In this document: piece by piece, positions 40,734-51,177 of the stretch | How positions within the stretch are numbered: the stretch's first letter is position 1 | How the letters are laid out: each line of letters starts with the position of its first letter | NCBI GenBank assembly: GCA_030599585.1 | Contig: JAUVNS010000005.1 | Coordinates: forward strand, 256,001 to 320,000 | DNA: 64,000 nucleotides | Source: Promethearchaeota archaeon | GTDB lineage: Archaea; Asgardarchaeota; Lokiarchaeia; Sigyniarchaeales; SOKP01 | Reading direction: 5' to 3' | Program-made: the position numbers and the translations under genes | Notes under the pieces: model-generated | The model's input: the letters and a program-made list of their open reading frames with translations, nothing else | Database searches by the model: none | What the model was told of the DNA's origin: nothing

Positions 40734-42248
40734 TTGTCTGAAGTATATAAAAAATTAGAAAATATCGTGAAAGAGAAATACATCTCTAATAGTATTTATG
40801 TCCGGCACGCGTATTCGAGGAATGTAGATCCCATTTTACAAGGCGTTCCTGATATTGTAATTAGACCGAAAGATGCTCAAGAGATTGCAGAAATTCTTAA
40901 AATTGCAAACATCGAAAATATCCCCGTTACACCTCGTGGAGGTGGGGACTGTGAATTCGGGGGGAGTAAACCAATAGGGGATGGTGGAATAGTATTAGAT
41001 ATGAAAAGAATGAACGAGATTATCAAGTTAGACCAAGAAAATCTTATCGTAACAGTTGAAGCTGGAATTTCTTGGGGAAAATTAAACGAATACTTGTGTC
41101 ATTATGATCTTTATACGGGTTGTATGGGACCGGGTTCCGGAATGACTGCTGCGGTAGGAGGAAGTATATCTCATCATTCAGTAGGTGGAGGGGGATGTGC
41201 TAAATATGGTGCCTGTACTAATCAATTGGTTTCGTTGGAGGTAGTACTTCCGACGGGTGAAATCATTGAAACGGGTTCTCAAGCTAATAAGTACTCTAAA
41301 TTCCCTTTCAATCGATTTGGTAATGGTCCTGATTTAGCTGGTCTTTTCTGTGGTGACAATGGTATTTTTGGCGTGAAAACCAAAGTTTCGCTGCAAATAT
41401 TTCCAAGACCACCATTCGCAGCATATAAAACATTTCAATTACCTCGGAAAGAACGAGTGATTTCAGCTAAAATTATGAATGAGATCAGGCAAAAGGGAAT
41501 TGATGTTTACGATGTTATGTATATGATGGATTTATTAGTAAGATTAGGCTCAGAAAAAGGAATGTTTCCGTTTTGGGAAAACTTGAAAAAAAAGAGGGGA
41601 GTAATCTTTTATACGATCGAAGCAAATTCGGAAAAAGAATTAGAGGAAAAAGTAAAACAATTAGATGAAATCATGCTAAATAATAAGACAGAAGAATTAA
41701 ATTCAGAAATTGCTGACGGGAACATCGCTAGATGGCATTATGCTGAACAAGGTCATTGGCAATTCTATCATAACCTATGGGGCGTATCTCACTGCATGGA
41801 ACCATTAACAGCAGAATGTTTTAGTCCGATCGATTCATATCCTGAGGTCTTAAACGATATCGACCAGTGGGACATGGAACATAACGAAGATATGCAAAAA
41901 ATTTTTAATATTGCAAAAACTCGTCCGATTGCAGGGAGTGGACCAATTGTATTAGTTGATGGCAATAATGTAGAAATTACATGTGGTTTTACCACCATTG
42001 GAAGTTATTTTAATGGAGAGAATCACGAGTTTCTCAAGGAACTAAATTTAAAGCTTTGGAAATCATTGCTAGAAAGAGTAACCAAACATGGAGTGCAATG
42101 GTACATGATGGGAGACTATATGTCGAGATTGATGGTAGATATGGGTGCGTATCCCGAACACTATTATAATTTTATGAAGTCAATTAAGCAATCTTTAGAT
42201 CCAAAAATGATTTTAAGTAGAGGAAAATTTAACTTTTGGGGGAAGTAA
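40734..42248 (+). CDS. FAD-binding oxidoreductase (GlcD-like), paralog 2
   Basis: Colinear with and highly similar to 38752..40269. Confidence 0.88.
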   Translation: MSEVYKKLENIVKEKYISNSIYVRHAYSRNVDPILQGVPDIVIRPKDAQEIAEILKIANIENIPVTPRGGGDCEFGGSKPIGDGGIVLDMKRMNEIIKLDQENLIVTVEAGISWGKLNEYLCHYDLYTGCMGPGSGMTAAVGGSISHHSVGGGGCAKYGACTNQLVSLEVVLPTGEIIETGSQANKYSKFPFNRFGNGPDLAGLFCGDNGIFGVKTKVSLQIFPRPPFAAYKTFQLPRKERVISAKIMNEIRQKGIDVYDVMYMMDLLVRLGSEKGMFPFWENLKKKRGVIFYTIEANSEKELEEKVKQLDEIMLNNKTEELNSEIADGNIARWHYAEQGHWQFYHNLWGVSHCMEPLTAECFSPIDSYPEVLNDIDQWDMEHNEDMQKIFNIAKTRPIAGSGPIVLVDGNNVEITCGFTTIGSYFNGENHEFLKELNLKLWKSLLERVTKHGVQWYMMGDYMSRLMVDMGAYPEHYYNFMKSIKQSLDPKMILSRGKFNFWGK

Positions 42249-42252
42249 AAAT

Positions 42253-43485
42253 ATGAGTGAATTAAAAAATCTGAAAGAAGAATGGAAAGCTATATTCAGT
42301 TGTATGGGCTGTGGGGATTGTGGATACGCCATAAGACCGGCAGTTGAAAGATATTTAACTTGTCCAGTTAAGGAAGCAAAAGGTGAAGGAGGTTTTGAAA
42401 TTTATTTTGCTCGAGGAAGGATGAATGTTCTTAAGAGTATATTAGAAAAACAGATACCTCTTTCCAGAGAGCTCGCGAAATTCGTTTATGAGTGTATGGA
42501 ATGCGGGAATTGCACCGAAGTGTGTCATATGTCTCAAAACGAGTATATCGTTCTCAATACATCTAAATGGATCGACCATGTAAAAGTATGGGAAGCGTTA
42601 CGAAAAGATCTTGTAGAAGCGGGCTTCGCCCCACTTGACAGACATGGCAAGTTAATTGATTACATGAACGATGAAACTATGAGAAATCCTTATGGCGAAG
42701 AAGAAGCAAAAAAATTCAAGTGGACAACCGAATTTCCTGAAATCAAGGACAGAGGTGAGTTAGTATTTTTTGGCGGGTGCACGATGCCGTTAAGACAAGT
42801 AGATACCTTAAAAAGCATGATGAAAATTCTTAAAGTAGCGGGAAAAGATATGGCAATGTCTAAAGATGAGTGGTGTTGCGGTTCAGTAGCCTTGAGAATC
42901 GGAGATGAGAGCTCTGTAATTGATATTGTTAAACATAACGTAGAAATTTTTAAAAACATGGGGGCCAAAACGATATTTACTGCATGTGCGGGATGTTATA
43001 GAACATGGAAAAAAGATTATCCCGAATTACTAGGTGAAGAATTGCCGTTTGAAGTAAAACACATAACAGAAATATTAGTTGACATGTTAAATAATAACGA
43101 GATACCGTTTAAATCAGTTGAAGGTTCGGAAACAGTAACGTGGCACGATCCATGTCATTTAGGAAGACATATGGATCTCTATGAGATACCTAGGGATGTC
43201 TTACTAAAAATACCGGGGATACAATTAAAAGAAATGAAACGAAATCGGAATAATGCTTGGTGCTGTGGAGCTGGTGGAGGAGTAAAGAGCGAATTTCCCG
43301 ATTTAGCGCTTGACATTTCAAAAGAAAGAATAAAAGAGGCAATAGACACAGGAGCACAAATTTTAACTACGAGCTGTCCATTTTGTATTGGTAATCTGAG
43401 TGATACATATAAAGATATGGATGCTGAAGTTCGAGAAAAAATTCAAGTAATTGACATAATTGATTTGATAGCTGAAAAAATTTAA
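42253..43485 (+). CDS. Fe-S oxidoreductase with CCG domains (HdrD/GlcF-like)
   Basis: CxxCxxC twice, WCCGS, WHDPCHLGR, CCGAGGG. Confidence 0.88.
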   Translation: MSELKNLKEEWKAIFSCMGCGDCGYAIRPAVERYLTCPVKEAKGEGGFEIYFARGRMNVLKSILEKQIPLSRELAKFVYECMECGNCTEVCHMSQNEYIVLNTSKWIDHVKVWEALRKDLVEAGFAPLDRHGKLIDYMNDETMRNPYGEEEAKKFKWTTEFPEIKDRGELVFFGGCTMPLRQVDTLKSMMKILKVAGKDMAMSKDEWCCGSVALRIGDESSVIDIVKHNVEIFKNMGAKTIFTACAGCYRTWKKDYPELLGEELPFEVKHITEILVDMLNNNEIPFKSVEGSETVTWHDPCHLGRHMDLYEIPRDVLLKIPGIQLKEMKRNRNNAWCCGAGGGVKSEFPDLALDISKERIKEAIDTGAQILTTSCPFCIGNLSDTYKDMDAEVREKIQVIDIIDLIAEKI

Positions 43486-43544
43486 TTAACTAATTTGGTA
43501 AATTCTGAATTTTTTTCCATTTTTTTCTTATAGAATAGTTTCCT

Positions 43545-43581
43545 GAATGGTAAATTCAGAGTCTGATTTTAATGATAATTC
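43545..43581 (+). repeat. dispersed intergenic repeat, copy 1
   Basis: GAATGGTAAATTCAGAGTCTGATTTTAATGATAATTC; 34/37 identical to 45080-45116. Confidence 0.85.
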
Positions 43582-43648
43582 TTATCAAATAAATCAAAAT
43601 ATAAATATTAATCAAGATTTTTCCTCAAAAGATAAAAAAGACATTAAA

Positions 43649-44800
43649 TCAATGTGAGAATTCATATATAGAAAAGTCTGTCTTGCATGGTGGTCCAAAT
43701 GAGATATGCAATTTAGGGGATTTAGATAGTTCCATGATGACCCCCATGTTTGTATAGGCTCCACTCGGGAGGTCATGGCGACAAATAGGATGTTCTTTCG
43801 GATCGTGAGATCTTAAGATTCTTTTGATCATTTCAACAGTTATCGACTTTGAATTTTCATGTAAATTATGTTTTAAATAATCTAACCGTGTTTTTGTATC
43901 TAATCTCCAATTTTCTAATCCGTAGTCCCCATAATAATTAATATTATTAAGGAGTGTTAAATATTCATCATCTACATCTGTATTTTCGATTGCGTGATTA
44001 GTATGATAAACACGAGTAGACCCTTGATATGGAAGAAATTGCTTAACTTGGTTAGGTGAACATTCATAATCAACAACACTAGTCCCATCTCCAATGAGAT
44101 AATTTACCCCTGAGGCATGAGGTAGTTTTTGAATGATAGAGACTGCGTCCTTAAGAGATTTCTGATTCAATATTAGTCGGGAGACAAAGAGCGCGCCTAA
44201 TCCGTTTAAATTTTTCTTTAGACTAGGACTCATTTGATTCAAGCAAGCTCCCATGGAACAATTGTTCATTCCATATATTCCAATTAATCCAGGATAACCT
44301 ATATGATACCATTCCATTGAACTTTCGGGATCTTTTGCGTGGATTAATGTTTCTACTCCAACCCAACCAATTGAATTATCTGCATTTTGAGCTATTATTG
44401 GATAATCTTGGGTCTGATCGAAAACTCCTAATGCAGTACATTGCTGACTCGTGGTCGTCTTAAATACATCATTTAATTTTTGAAAATTTTCTGTACTTGC
44501 TCGCAAGATCCAATACCACCCCATTTCTCCGATTAATTGTCTAACAAAGATGCTGTTGAAATCAAATTTTGCCCCGTCAGCAATTCCTTGTATCTCGTCA
44601 ATCAAATCTGGAGTCCATTTCTTGGCAGCCGAAAGAAAATTAGTCGTATCTAAAATATCTTTAGCAAAGAGAGCATATGACTTGAAACCAAAATGACGAG
44701 TGATATGCTCAAACATCATTCTAGGAATATGTTTCTTAAGCGCTTCTCCGTGAATTTTCCCTCTTTCATAAGCGGACCCTTCTGTTTCTAAATAAATCAT
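43649..44800 (-). CDS. C45 family peptidase / Ntn acyltransferase
   Basis: YERGKIHG, DEIQGIADG, C nucleophile in QCTALG, QNAD, HTNH. Confidence 0.85.
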   Translation of the reverse strand: MIYLETEGSAYERGKIHGEALKKHIPRMMFEHITRHFGFKSYALFAKDILDTTNFLSAAKKWTPDLIDEIQGIADGAKFDFNSIFVRQLIGEMGWYWILRASTENFQKLNDVFKTTTSQQCTALGVFDQTQDYPIIAQNADNSIGWVGVETLIHAKDPESSMEWYHIGYPGLIGIYGMNNCSMGACLNQMSPSLKKNLNGLGALFVSRLILNQKSLKDAVSIIQKLPHASGVNYLIGDGTSVVDYECSPNQVKQFLPYQGSTRVYHTNHAIENTDVDDEYLTLLNNINYYGDYGLENWRLDTKTRLDYLKHNLHENSKSITVEMIKRILRSHDPKEHPICRHDLPSGAYTNMGVIMELSKSPKLHISFGPPCKTDFSIYEFSH

Positions 44801-45064
44801 GTAATTTCCTTCTCATCATTAATTATTTTCAATGGCGTATCACCTCTAAGATTAATATTGCAGAATCAATCTCTATTAGTAAGGATTAAATTCTCGTATT
44901 TAACATTTTTGTCATAACCTTTATTAGTATTCTACAATTGTACTACATAAGGCGCATCCGTGGAGGATTTTGGTACTAATCTTTCAAAATTCATTTCGTA
45001 ATATAAAAAAACTAAACTAAACTTCATTTGATTCAATATTAGACTGACTTCTTTTTTTTACCAG

Positions 45065-45116
45065 TTTCATTTGAAATTGGAATGCTAAATTCAGAGTCTG
45101 ATTTCAATGAAAATTC
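45065..45116 (+). repeat. dispersed intergenic repeat, copy 2 (longest)
   Basis: 3' part matches 43545-43581; 5' part TTTCATTTGAAATTGGAATG matches 45690-45709. Confidence 0.85.
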
Positions 45117-45165
45117 CATTGGAAAATGATATAACAATAGTGTTAAAAACAATTTAAGATTTAAA

Positions 45166-45672
45166 GTGATTAATATGGTTCAGAAAGCGATGGTAAATGT
45201 TTATCCCATTAGGTACAAAAACAATAATTTAGAGCTTCTCATGATAAAAAGAGCTACAGTAGCTTATAATTGGCAATGCGTATCTGGCTCAGTAGGAGAT
45301 ACTATGGGGGAACCTGATCACCCGAAAGGAGAAAGCCCTCTTGAGTGTGCAAAAAGAGAACTTTTTGAAGAAACAGGATACATTCCTACTCTAATGATCC
45401 CATTTAATATTCCTAAAGAATTATACACAGAAAATGAAGAAGATGAAGGCGATAAATCACCTCCACATCTTCAAGAACTTGTAAAAGAAATTACATTTTA
45501 TAATTTCATAGCTTGTATAGATCAACCTCAGGATCCAGTATTGAATCCTGCTGAACATACAGATTGGAAATGGTGCAGCTTTGAAATAGCCTATAAAATA
45601 ATAAAGTGGGCTGTGGAAAAAAAATTGTTAAGGTTTGCCTATAATTACATTATTACAAATCCGTTAAAATAG
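45166..45672 (+). CDS. NUDIX hydrolase
   Basis: WQCVSG...GESPLECAKRELFEETG; EHTDWKW. Confidence 0.88.
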   Translation: MINMVQKAMVNVYPIRYKNNNLELLMIKRATVAYNWQCVSGSVGDTMGEPDHPKGESPLECAKRELFEETGYIPTLMIPFNIPKELYTENEEDEGDKSPPHLQELVKEITFYNFIACIDQPQDPVLNPAEHTDWKWCSFEIAYKIIKWAVEKKLLRFAYNYIITNPLK

Positions 45673-45689
45673 TAAGAATATTGTCAAAA

Positions 45690-45709
45690 TTTCCTTTGAA
45701 ATTGGAATG
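45690..45709 (+). repeat. dispersed intergenic repeat, partial copy 3
   Basis: TTTCCTTTGAAATTGGAATG, 19/20 identical to 45065-45084. Confidence 0.65.
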
Positions 45710-45749
45710 GAAAAGTAATATTCAAAAAGAACTAAAATTTCTCATAATT

Positions 45750-46427
45750 ATGGGGAATATTGATATTTATCTACAACCTACCGAATTTTTCGATTTTAAT
45801 AAAAAATTTGTTAGAGAAAAAGCTTTTGAGATTACGGCAGGGTTAGAAACCGAAAGTGATAAAGCTAAAGCGCTCTTTTATTGGGTAAGGGATAAAATTA
45901 AATACAATATGCATACATATATTCCTTCTGCTAAAGCTAATTTTAAAGCCAGCGTGACTCTAAGACGAAAAAATGGTTTTTGTGTTTCAAAATCCGTTTT
46001 ATTATCCTCTTTTGCACGAGCTATTGGAATTCCTGCCAGGATTCACTTAGTAGATCTGATAAATCATAAAATATCTCAAAAAATAATAGATTTTATGGAA
46101 ACAAATGTCATGCATTATCATGGTTATAGCGAATTTTACCTTAATAATAAATGGGTAAAATTAACACCCTCGTTTGACCCAAAAACTGCTTTAAAAGGAG
46201 GTTTTACTCCAATGGTCGAATTTGACGGCGAGAATGACGCTACTTTTCCTTCTTTTGATGAAGAAGGTAATAGATTCGGAGAATATGTCAAAGATCGCGG
46301 AGTTCATGCGGATTTACCTCTTAAGGAGATTGAAATTATTTTTGATGAAAAATATCCGAAATTTTCTCAACTGAAAAATGGAGAGTTGATATTACCGGTA
46401 AAAGACAAAACTCTCACTTATAAATGA
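45750..46427 (+). CDS. transglutaminase-like protein
   Basis: GFCVSKS, RAIGIPARI, HGYSEFY; likely start ATG 45750. Confidence 0.85.
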   Translation: MGNIDIYLQPTEFFDFNKKFVREKAFEITAGLETESDKAKALFYWVRDKIKYNMHTYIPSAKANFKASVTLRRKNGFCVSKSVLLSSFARAIGIPARIHLVDLINHKISQKIIDFMETNVMHYHGYSEFYLNNKWVKLTPSFDPKTALKGGFTPMVEFDGENDATFPSFDEEGNRFGEYVKDRGVHADLPLKEIEIIFDEKYPKFSQLKNGELILPVKDKTLTYK

Positions 46428-46452
46428 TAAATTATTAATAAAAATTCTATTT

Positions 46453-47355
46453 TTATCTTAACTCTCGTAAGTATATCTTAAACTTTCCTAACTTACCACC
46501 GTAATTCCCTGCGGAAATCTTAAGCAAACCATCCATATCAGAAATTCCTTCTATAGTTTTCTGCATTGCTAATTTTACATCATCAAGTTGAAGGCCGTTA
46601 AATACAAGTTCTGGTATTGATTTCACTCCAGCTGGAACCTCGAATTCGTTTGGAGATAACTTATCTTTAAGCGTAGGACAAAATGGGTGATTAGTTGACG
46701 GACCTATTTCGGGATATTTAGCATCAGGGGGAACCGGTTTTGAACCTGCGGAGCATACATCAAAAGTAGTACACACATCATCGAGTTCAGCCAAAATTTT
46801 AACGCCTTCCCTTCCAACCTTAATTCCAGATTCAACAGAGTCGCAAAATAACCATAAATTCCCTCCCATAACGCCTTTAGCGTAAGAGATGTTTTCTTCA
46901 ATTAAAAAATCGTAACCCATCATGATTGGGACGTTAATTAGTTTTCGATTAAGTTTTTCAACAATCCATTCATATCCGTCTCCACAATGACCTACATTAT
47001 CCATCATATTAAATTTAAACTCAGTTGTTCCTGGGTAATAATCAAAAACTGCAGTTGTAGGAACAACAAGAATACCCTGCCTCATTCTACGACCAAATTG
47101 TTCGTAAAACTTAGCTGTCGCCTTTTTACCCGTTCCAGTTACCCATAATTGAATGATTGCTCCTAACCTTCCATCGATAGTTTCTTTTTCAGAAAGCCAC
47201 CGAACAATACCTCCCTCCGCATCTCCAAAAACTGTTGAAGGAAGCGCAGTAAATGCGTTTGCGGCTCTATTTAAGAATTCTGCGTCTTGAGCAGTGACCA
47301 TTAATTGAACTACTAACCCTTCAAACGCTTCACAATAAGTATCCTCGATTTCCAT
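46453..47355 (-). CDS. ftr: formylmethanofuran--tetrahydromethanopterin formyltransferase
   Basis: IEDTYCEAF, AEGGI, GHCGDGYE, GVMGGN, STNHPFCPTL, ISAGNYGGKLG. Confidence 0.93.
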   Translation of the reverse strand: MEIEDTYCEAFEGLVVQLMVTAQDAEFLNRAANAFTALPSTVFGDAEGGIVRWLSEKETIDGRLGAIIQLWVTGTGKKATAKFYEQFGRRMRQGILVVPTTAVFDYYPGTTEFKFNMMDNVGHCGDGYEWIVEKLNRKLINVPIMMGYDFLIEENISYAKGVMGGNLWLFCDSVESGIKVGREGVKILAELDDVCTTFDVCSAGSKPVPPDAKYPEIGPSTNHPFCPTLKDKLSPNEFEVPAGVKSIPELVFNGLQLDDVKLAMQKTIEGISDMDGLLKISAGNYGGKLGKFKIYLRELR

Positions 47356-47491
47356 TTTTCACACTTCTTTTCTATTATCTAATAACACTTCTTTGATAAT
47401 ACATGATTAGTTGGATCAAATAAAAATATAAAATTAAAAACTTATTACCTAGTAATTAATAATAATTTTATTCAATAAACAACTTCAAAGA

Positions 47492-48424
47492 ATGAGTAAT
47501 ATGCCCGTTGGAATATATCTCTACGAGATTGACGAATCGTTCGGACCAAATGTATTAGCAGAATATTATCTTGCTCAAGAAGATAAAGTTTCTAATGATG
47601 CTTTAAAGGATTTTGAAGAAAAACACGTTCAAAAAGAATTTTCAAATACGATTTATTGGAAAGAAGATCTAAGGTATTACTCGTGGAGAATTAACGCCTC
47701 TTCTTTAGAAAGAGATAATCTGTTCTTAGGCTTCGTACTTAAGCAAGAAGAGGATTTAGTTTCGTCCAAGAGTATCTTAGAAAACATAGCAGAAAAGGTT
47801 GTAAAAGGTTTTACAAAGGATAGCGCAAAGCTTGAATCAATTTTGCGAAAAGAATTTGATTCCATCTTCACTTTAATGGAAAAATTAAAAGAGCCTGCTT
47901 TGATCAAAGAAACAATCAACGATAAGACTAAAAAAATGCTAGACGATGGAAACTTGCAAGAAGCTAGAGAATTGATTGATTTAGGAGAAGAAATCCCAGA
48001 AAAATTATCTGAAGAACTTAAACTGGCTGAACAATTACTAGAAAACAAGTTCTATAAGAAGGCTAAAAAGAATTTTCTTAAAGCAGCAGAGTTAGCAGCT
48101 ATAATCCAAGAAAACGACATCGTTTCATTTTTAACAAATAAAGCCGAACAAGTTGGAAAATTTCCGGAATTAATTAAAGCACAAGAATCGTTAATGAAAG
48201 ATTTGGAGTCAATTATAGAAGAATTAAATGCAAACAAACTTCATTTGTATCACGAGTTAATTAGACCAATAGAATCGTTAATAAACATATCTAATTCTTT
48301 TGAGCAGCACGAATTAACATCTAAACTAACTCAATTATTAAACAACTTTAAAAGAGCAGATATATTAGCAAAAGAGTTGTTTAGCTTAGATGCAAAAATA
48401 AACGAGAGATTAGCTAATTTATAA
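47492..48424 (+). CDS. hypothetical protein: longin/uDENN-like N-terminus plus helical C-terminus
   Basis: IYLYEIDESFGPNVL motif; helical-repeat-like C-terminal half. Confidence 0.55.
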   Translation: MSNMPVGIYLYEIDESFGPNVLAEYYLAQEDKVSNDALKDFEEKHVQKEFSNTIYWKEDLRYYSWRINASSLERDNLFLGFVLKQEEDLVSSKSILENIAEKVVKGFTKDSAKLESILRKEFDSIFTLMEKLKEPALIKETINDKTKKMLDDGNLQEARELIDLGEEIPEKLSEELKLAEQLLENKFYKKAKKNFLKAAELAAIIQENDIVSFLTNKAEQVGKFPELIKAQESLMKDLESIIEELNANKLHLYHELIRPIESLINISNSFEQHELTSKLTQLLNNFKRADILAKELFSLDAKINERLANL

Positions 48425-48463
48425 AAAATTTTCTAATTAATTTGATGTTAATCGAATTATTGC

Positions 48464-50281
48464 TTATTCAGTTTCCTCTAATGGTTCTTTGGGCTCAGGT
48501 GGAATATATTCACCAATATCTGTAAAAATAATTCTAGCTATCTCCCATCCCTCTTTTGATGGATAAGTCAACGCGTTGGCAATAAGAGATTCGCCAGTTT
48601 CATTCGTCAGCTCCACTTTGTGAATTTCAGATTTGTTCTGTAAAATCATCTCAAATTTAGCACCGCTACTCCCTGCAGGAACTATTAAGATTGCAGAATC
48701 TATTGCTTTTTCGTCTATAGCATCCTTCAATCTTTTTGCAGCGTAATAACCTGCGACACCAGCGCTTCTGTCGAATGTTTTTATAGAAGGAATCTCCAAT
48801 CCCCATTTCTTCCCCTCAAATTCGATTAAAGCGGCTAAAGTTTGGCTCCGTTTTCCTATCATGAATTTATATTCCATTTGGGTGTTGAATTTCTTCTCTT
48901 TTGACTCCCCGACCTTCATAATACTTTTTAGGGATGCTCCAGCAACCGATGAAGGATTTACCTCTATTATGTATTCTTCCTCTGCTAAAATTTCCTCTAT
49001 AGTTTTCTTTATAATCTCTCTTGGCTTTGAAAAGTCTATGACTTCTTCTTCAGCGTCTCCCATTGGGGCTTTAGCTGTTGCCACAATATCTGTACCTGCT
49101 TCTAACAACTGTTCTACGCTCATTTCCTCGGTAACAACCTTGTCAATAAACCTTCTACAAAGTTTAATAGAGTTCCTTGGGTTTCCTTGCGTTTTTTCAT
49201 AAATCATCTCGATTAGCTTTTCGTTCAAAGGAAATAATGGATACAATGGAGGATTGAGGTTGTTATCTTCCCAGAAAGCTTCCATCGATTTGCTAAAAAA
49301 GATTTTCAAGTCGTTTAAACTAAAAGGCTTCAATTCTTGTTCCGGTTCCATTCGAGACCGTAAAGGAGCGTCAGCGATTTCCAATATTCTCGGCCAAATT
49401 TCTTTTAAAACAGCTATAATAATGACTAAACCTTTAACTTCGTTATACAACCTTTTAAGTATTTCAAGGAATTTTCTTTCAGCAACCTCTCCAAACATAC
49501 GATACGGGGATTCTAATTCGTCAAAATAAAGGATAAGAACTCTATCTAAATTTTCAGTTATTATTTTAATCATAGCAAGGCAGACATCGTCTTCTTCAAC
49601 AACAGAATTTATCCCAAGCTCACTTAGTTCTTCTGGTTGTAGATCTTCTCCAAGCAACCATCTTTCTGCTAGCGCTTTCTTGTTTTTATCTAACTGATAA
49701 GTAACTAACGCTTTCACGCAATCTGCGAAAACGCCTGGGAATTCTCTAATACCCTTTTGAATAACTTCTTCTATCTTAGGTTTTTGAAACAGACCGCTTT
49801 TTTTTCCTCCCCATTTTTCTCTTACTAATCTTTCTGAGACAATATCAAGGATTTCTGGGCCTACTTCTTCGATAATGCATGTGTAGACGTGTAATAGGAC
49901 TCTAATAGAAGCAGGTGGGCTGGGAACATATATAATCGTCCAGTCAGTAGGTTCAAGTTGACTTACACTCACATTTTCTGTTTCTGTATTGAGTTCTAGT
50001 TTTTTTCTATTTTCTCTCTCTTTATCTTTAAATGAATGATACGCATGAGTCTTTCCAGTTCCAGCGGATCCTAAAATGGGGATCAATCGAGCTGATCGAT
50101 CTCTATGCGTTTGACGCACCAACCTATAGACTTCTCTATCGATAAAGCTTCTTGGGCGCGAAATATCGATTTTATCCGGTATATCCCCTCTACTCACGAA
50201 ATTGGAAAAAGGTAGGATTGGTGCTTCTTTAAGAATTTCAAGATACATTTCCTTGTCGTCATCAGTTAATTCCGAATACAT
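48464..50281 (-). CDS. P-loop AAA+-type ATPase of unknown function
   Basis: GSAGTGKT, LYFDELE, PLRSRM, GNPR. Confidence 0.8.
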   Translation of the reverse strand: MYSELTDDDKEMYLEILKEAPILPFSNFVSRGDIPDKIDISRPRSFIDREVYRLVRQTHRDRSARLIPILGSAGTGKTHAYHSFKDKERENRKKLELNTETENVSVSQLEPTDWTIIYVPSPPASIRVLLHVYTCIIEEVGPEILDIVSERLVREKWGGKKSGLFQKPKIEEVIQKGIREFPGVFADCVKALVTYQLDKNKKALAERWLLGEDLQPEELSELGINSVVEEDDVCLAMIKIITENLDRVLILYFDELESPYRMFGEVAERKFLEILKRLYNEVKGLVIIIAVLKEIWPRILEIADAPLRSRMEPEQELKPFSLNDLKIFFSKSMEAFWEDNNLNPPLYPLFPLNEKLIEMIYEKTQGNPRNSIKLCRRFIDKVVTEEMSVEQLLEAGTDIVATAKAPMGDAEEEVIDFSKPREIIKKTIEEILAEEEYIIEVNPSSVAGASLKSIMKVGESKEKKFNTQMEYKFMIGKRSQTLAALIEFEGKKWGLEIPSIKTFDRSAGVAGYYAAKRLKDAIDEKAIDSAILIVPAGSSGAKFEMILQNKSEIHKVELTNETGESLIANALTYPSKEGWEIARIIFTDIGEYIPPEPKEPLEETE

Positions 50282-50484
50282 ACAAGATCCCCTCTACTTA
50301 ATTGTTTTTAATTAACTTTGATTTTGAATTACAAACTATTTAGTTGGAATAAGTTTATTAAACTAAACAATTTTTTCTAGAATAAAAGCTATTATATTTC
50401 TAGCTTTAGTATTTATATTTAAATTTATATTTAAAAATTTATTTGTAATTAATATCTAAGTATATTTTACAAGGATGTGATAAA

Positions 50485-51147
50485 ATGTCGGGAAAAGACG
50501 AGTATGATGATGAAGACGAGGAAGATAATGAAGATGAGCCTGTAAATATCTTTGATGCTTTCAAGGGTTTTGGCGATCCTAATATGTTTAAAAATCTAGA
50601 TCCTGCTAAACTATTCAATTCAAAAGAGTTTCAGAAGATGTTTAAAGAAATTTTCAAACAAATTTCTAAATCTCTCCCTAAAAATCTCCAGGGCCTTTCA
50701 CCAGAAGATTTTACTAAAGAATTCATGAAAAATCAGTCTAAGTTTGGTAAACAAGGACCTTTTGTATATGGATTCAATTTTGGAATTGGACCAGATGGAA
50801 AACCAAGTATGGGTTCATTTGGGAACATAAAAAAAGAACCAATATCTGGCGAAACGAAAGTAAGGAAGAATAGGGAACCTTTAGTAGAAGTTAACGAACA
50901 AGAGGATCACATTATCGTCATTGCTGAGATGCCAGGAGTCAAGAAAGACGACATCGAATTGAATGCTACAACTAGATCTATTACGATTTCTACCCAAAAA
51001 ACTGTTTTTGGGAGAAGTTATTTTAAAGAAATTGATTTACCAGCGGCGATTAACCAAGATTACGCAAAAGCGCGGTACACAAATGGAATCTTAGAAGTTC
51101 GGTTGAAAAAAATTAAAGGAAAAGGAAAATCTATTGATATAGAGTAA
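50485..51147 (+). CDS. hsp20: small heat shock protein Hsp20
   Basis: GPFVYGF, AEMPGV, ARYTNGILEV. Confidence 0.92.
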   Translation: MSGKDEYDDEDEEDNEDEPVNIFDAFKGFGDPNMFKNLDPAKLFNSKEFQKMFKEIFKQISKSLPKNLQGLSPEDFTKEFMKNQSKFGKQGPFVYGFNFGIGPDGKPSMGSFGNIKKEPISGETKVRKNREPLVEVNEQEDHIIVIAEMPGVKKDDIELNATTRSITISTQKTVFGRSYFKEIDLPAAINQDYAKARYTNGILEVRLKKIKGKGKSIDIE

Positions 51148-51177
51148 TAACCTTCGATTTTTTACAAATTCTTTCTC

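Noticed and set aside
44951-44990. GC-rich patch as tRNA or ncRNA
   Set aside because: No cloverleaf, T-loop or convincing stem
43545-45709. Classical integron attC sites
   Set aside because: No RYYYAAC...GTTRRRY ends, flanked genes differ in orientation, and no integrase is visible
45681-45749. TTG start for the transglutaminase
   Set aside because: The extension overlaps the intergenic repeat copy; ATG 45750 fits the family N-terminus (YLQPTEFFDF) better
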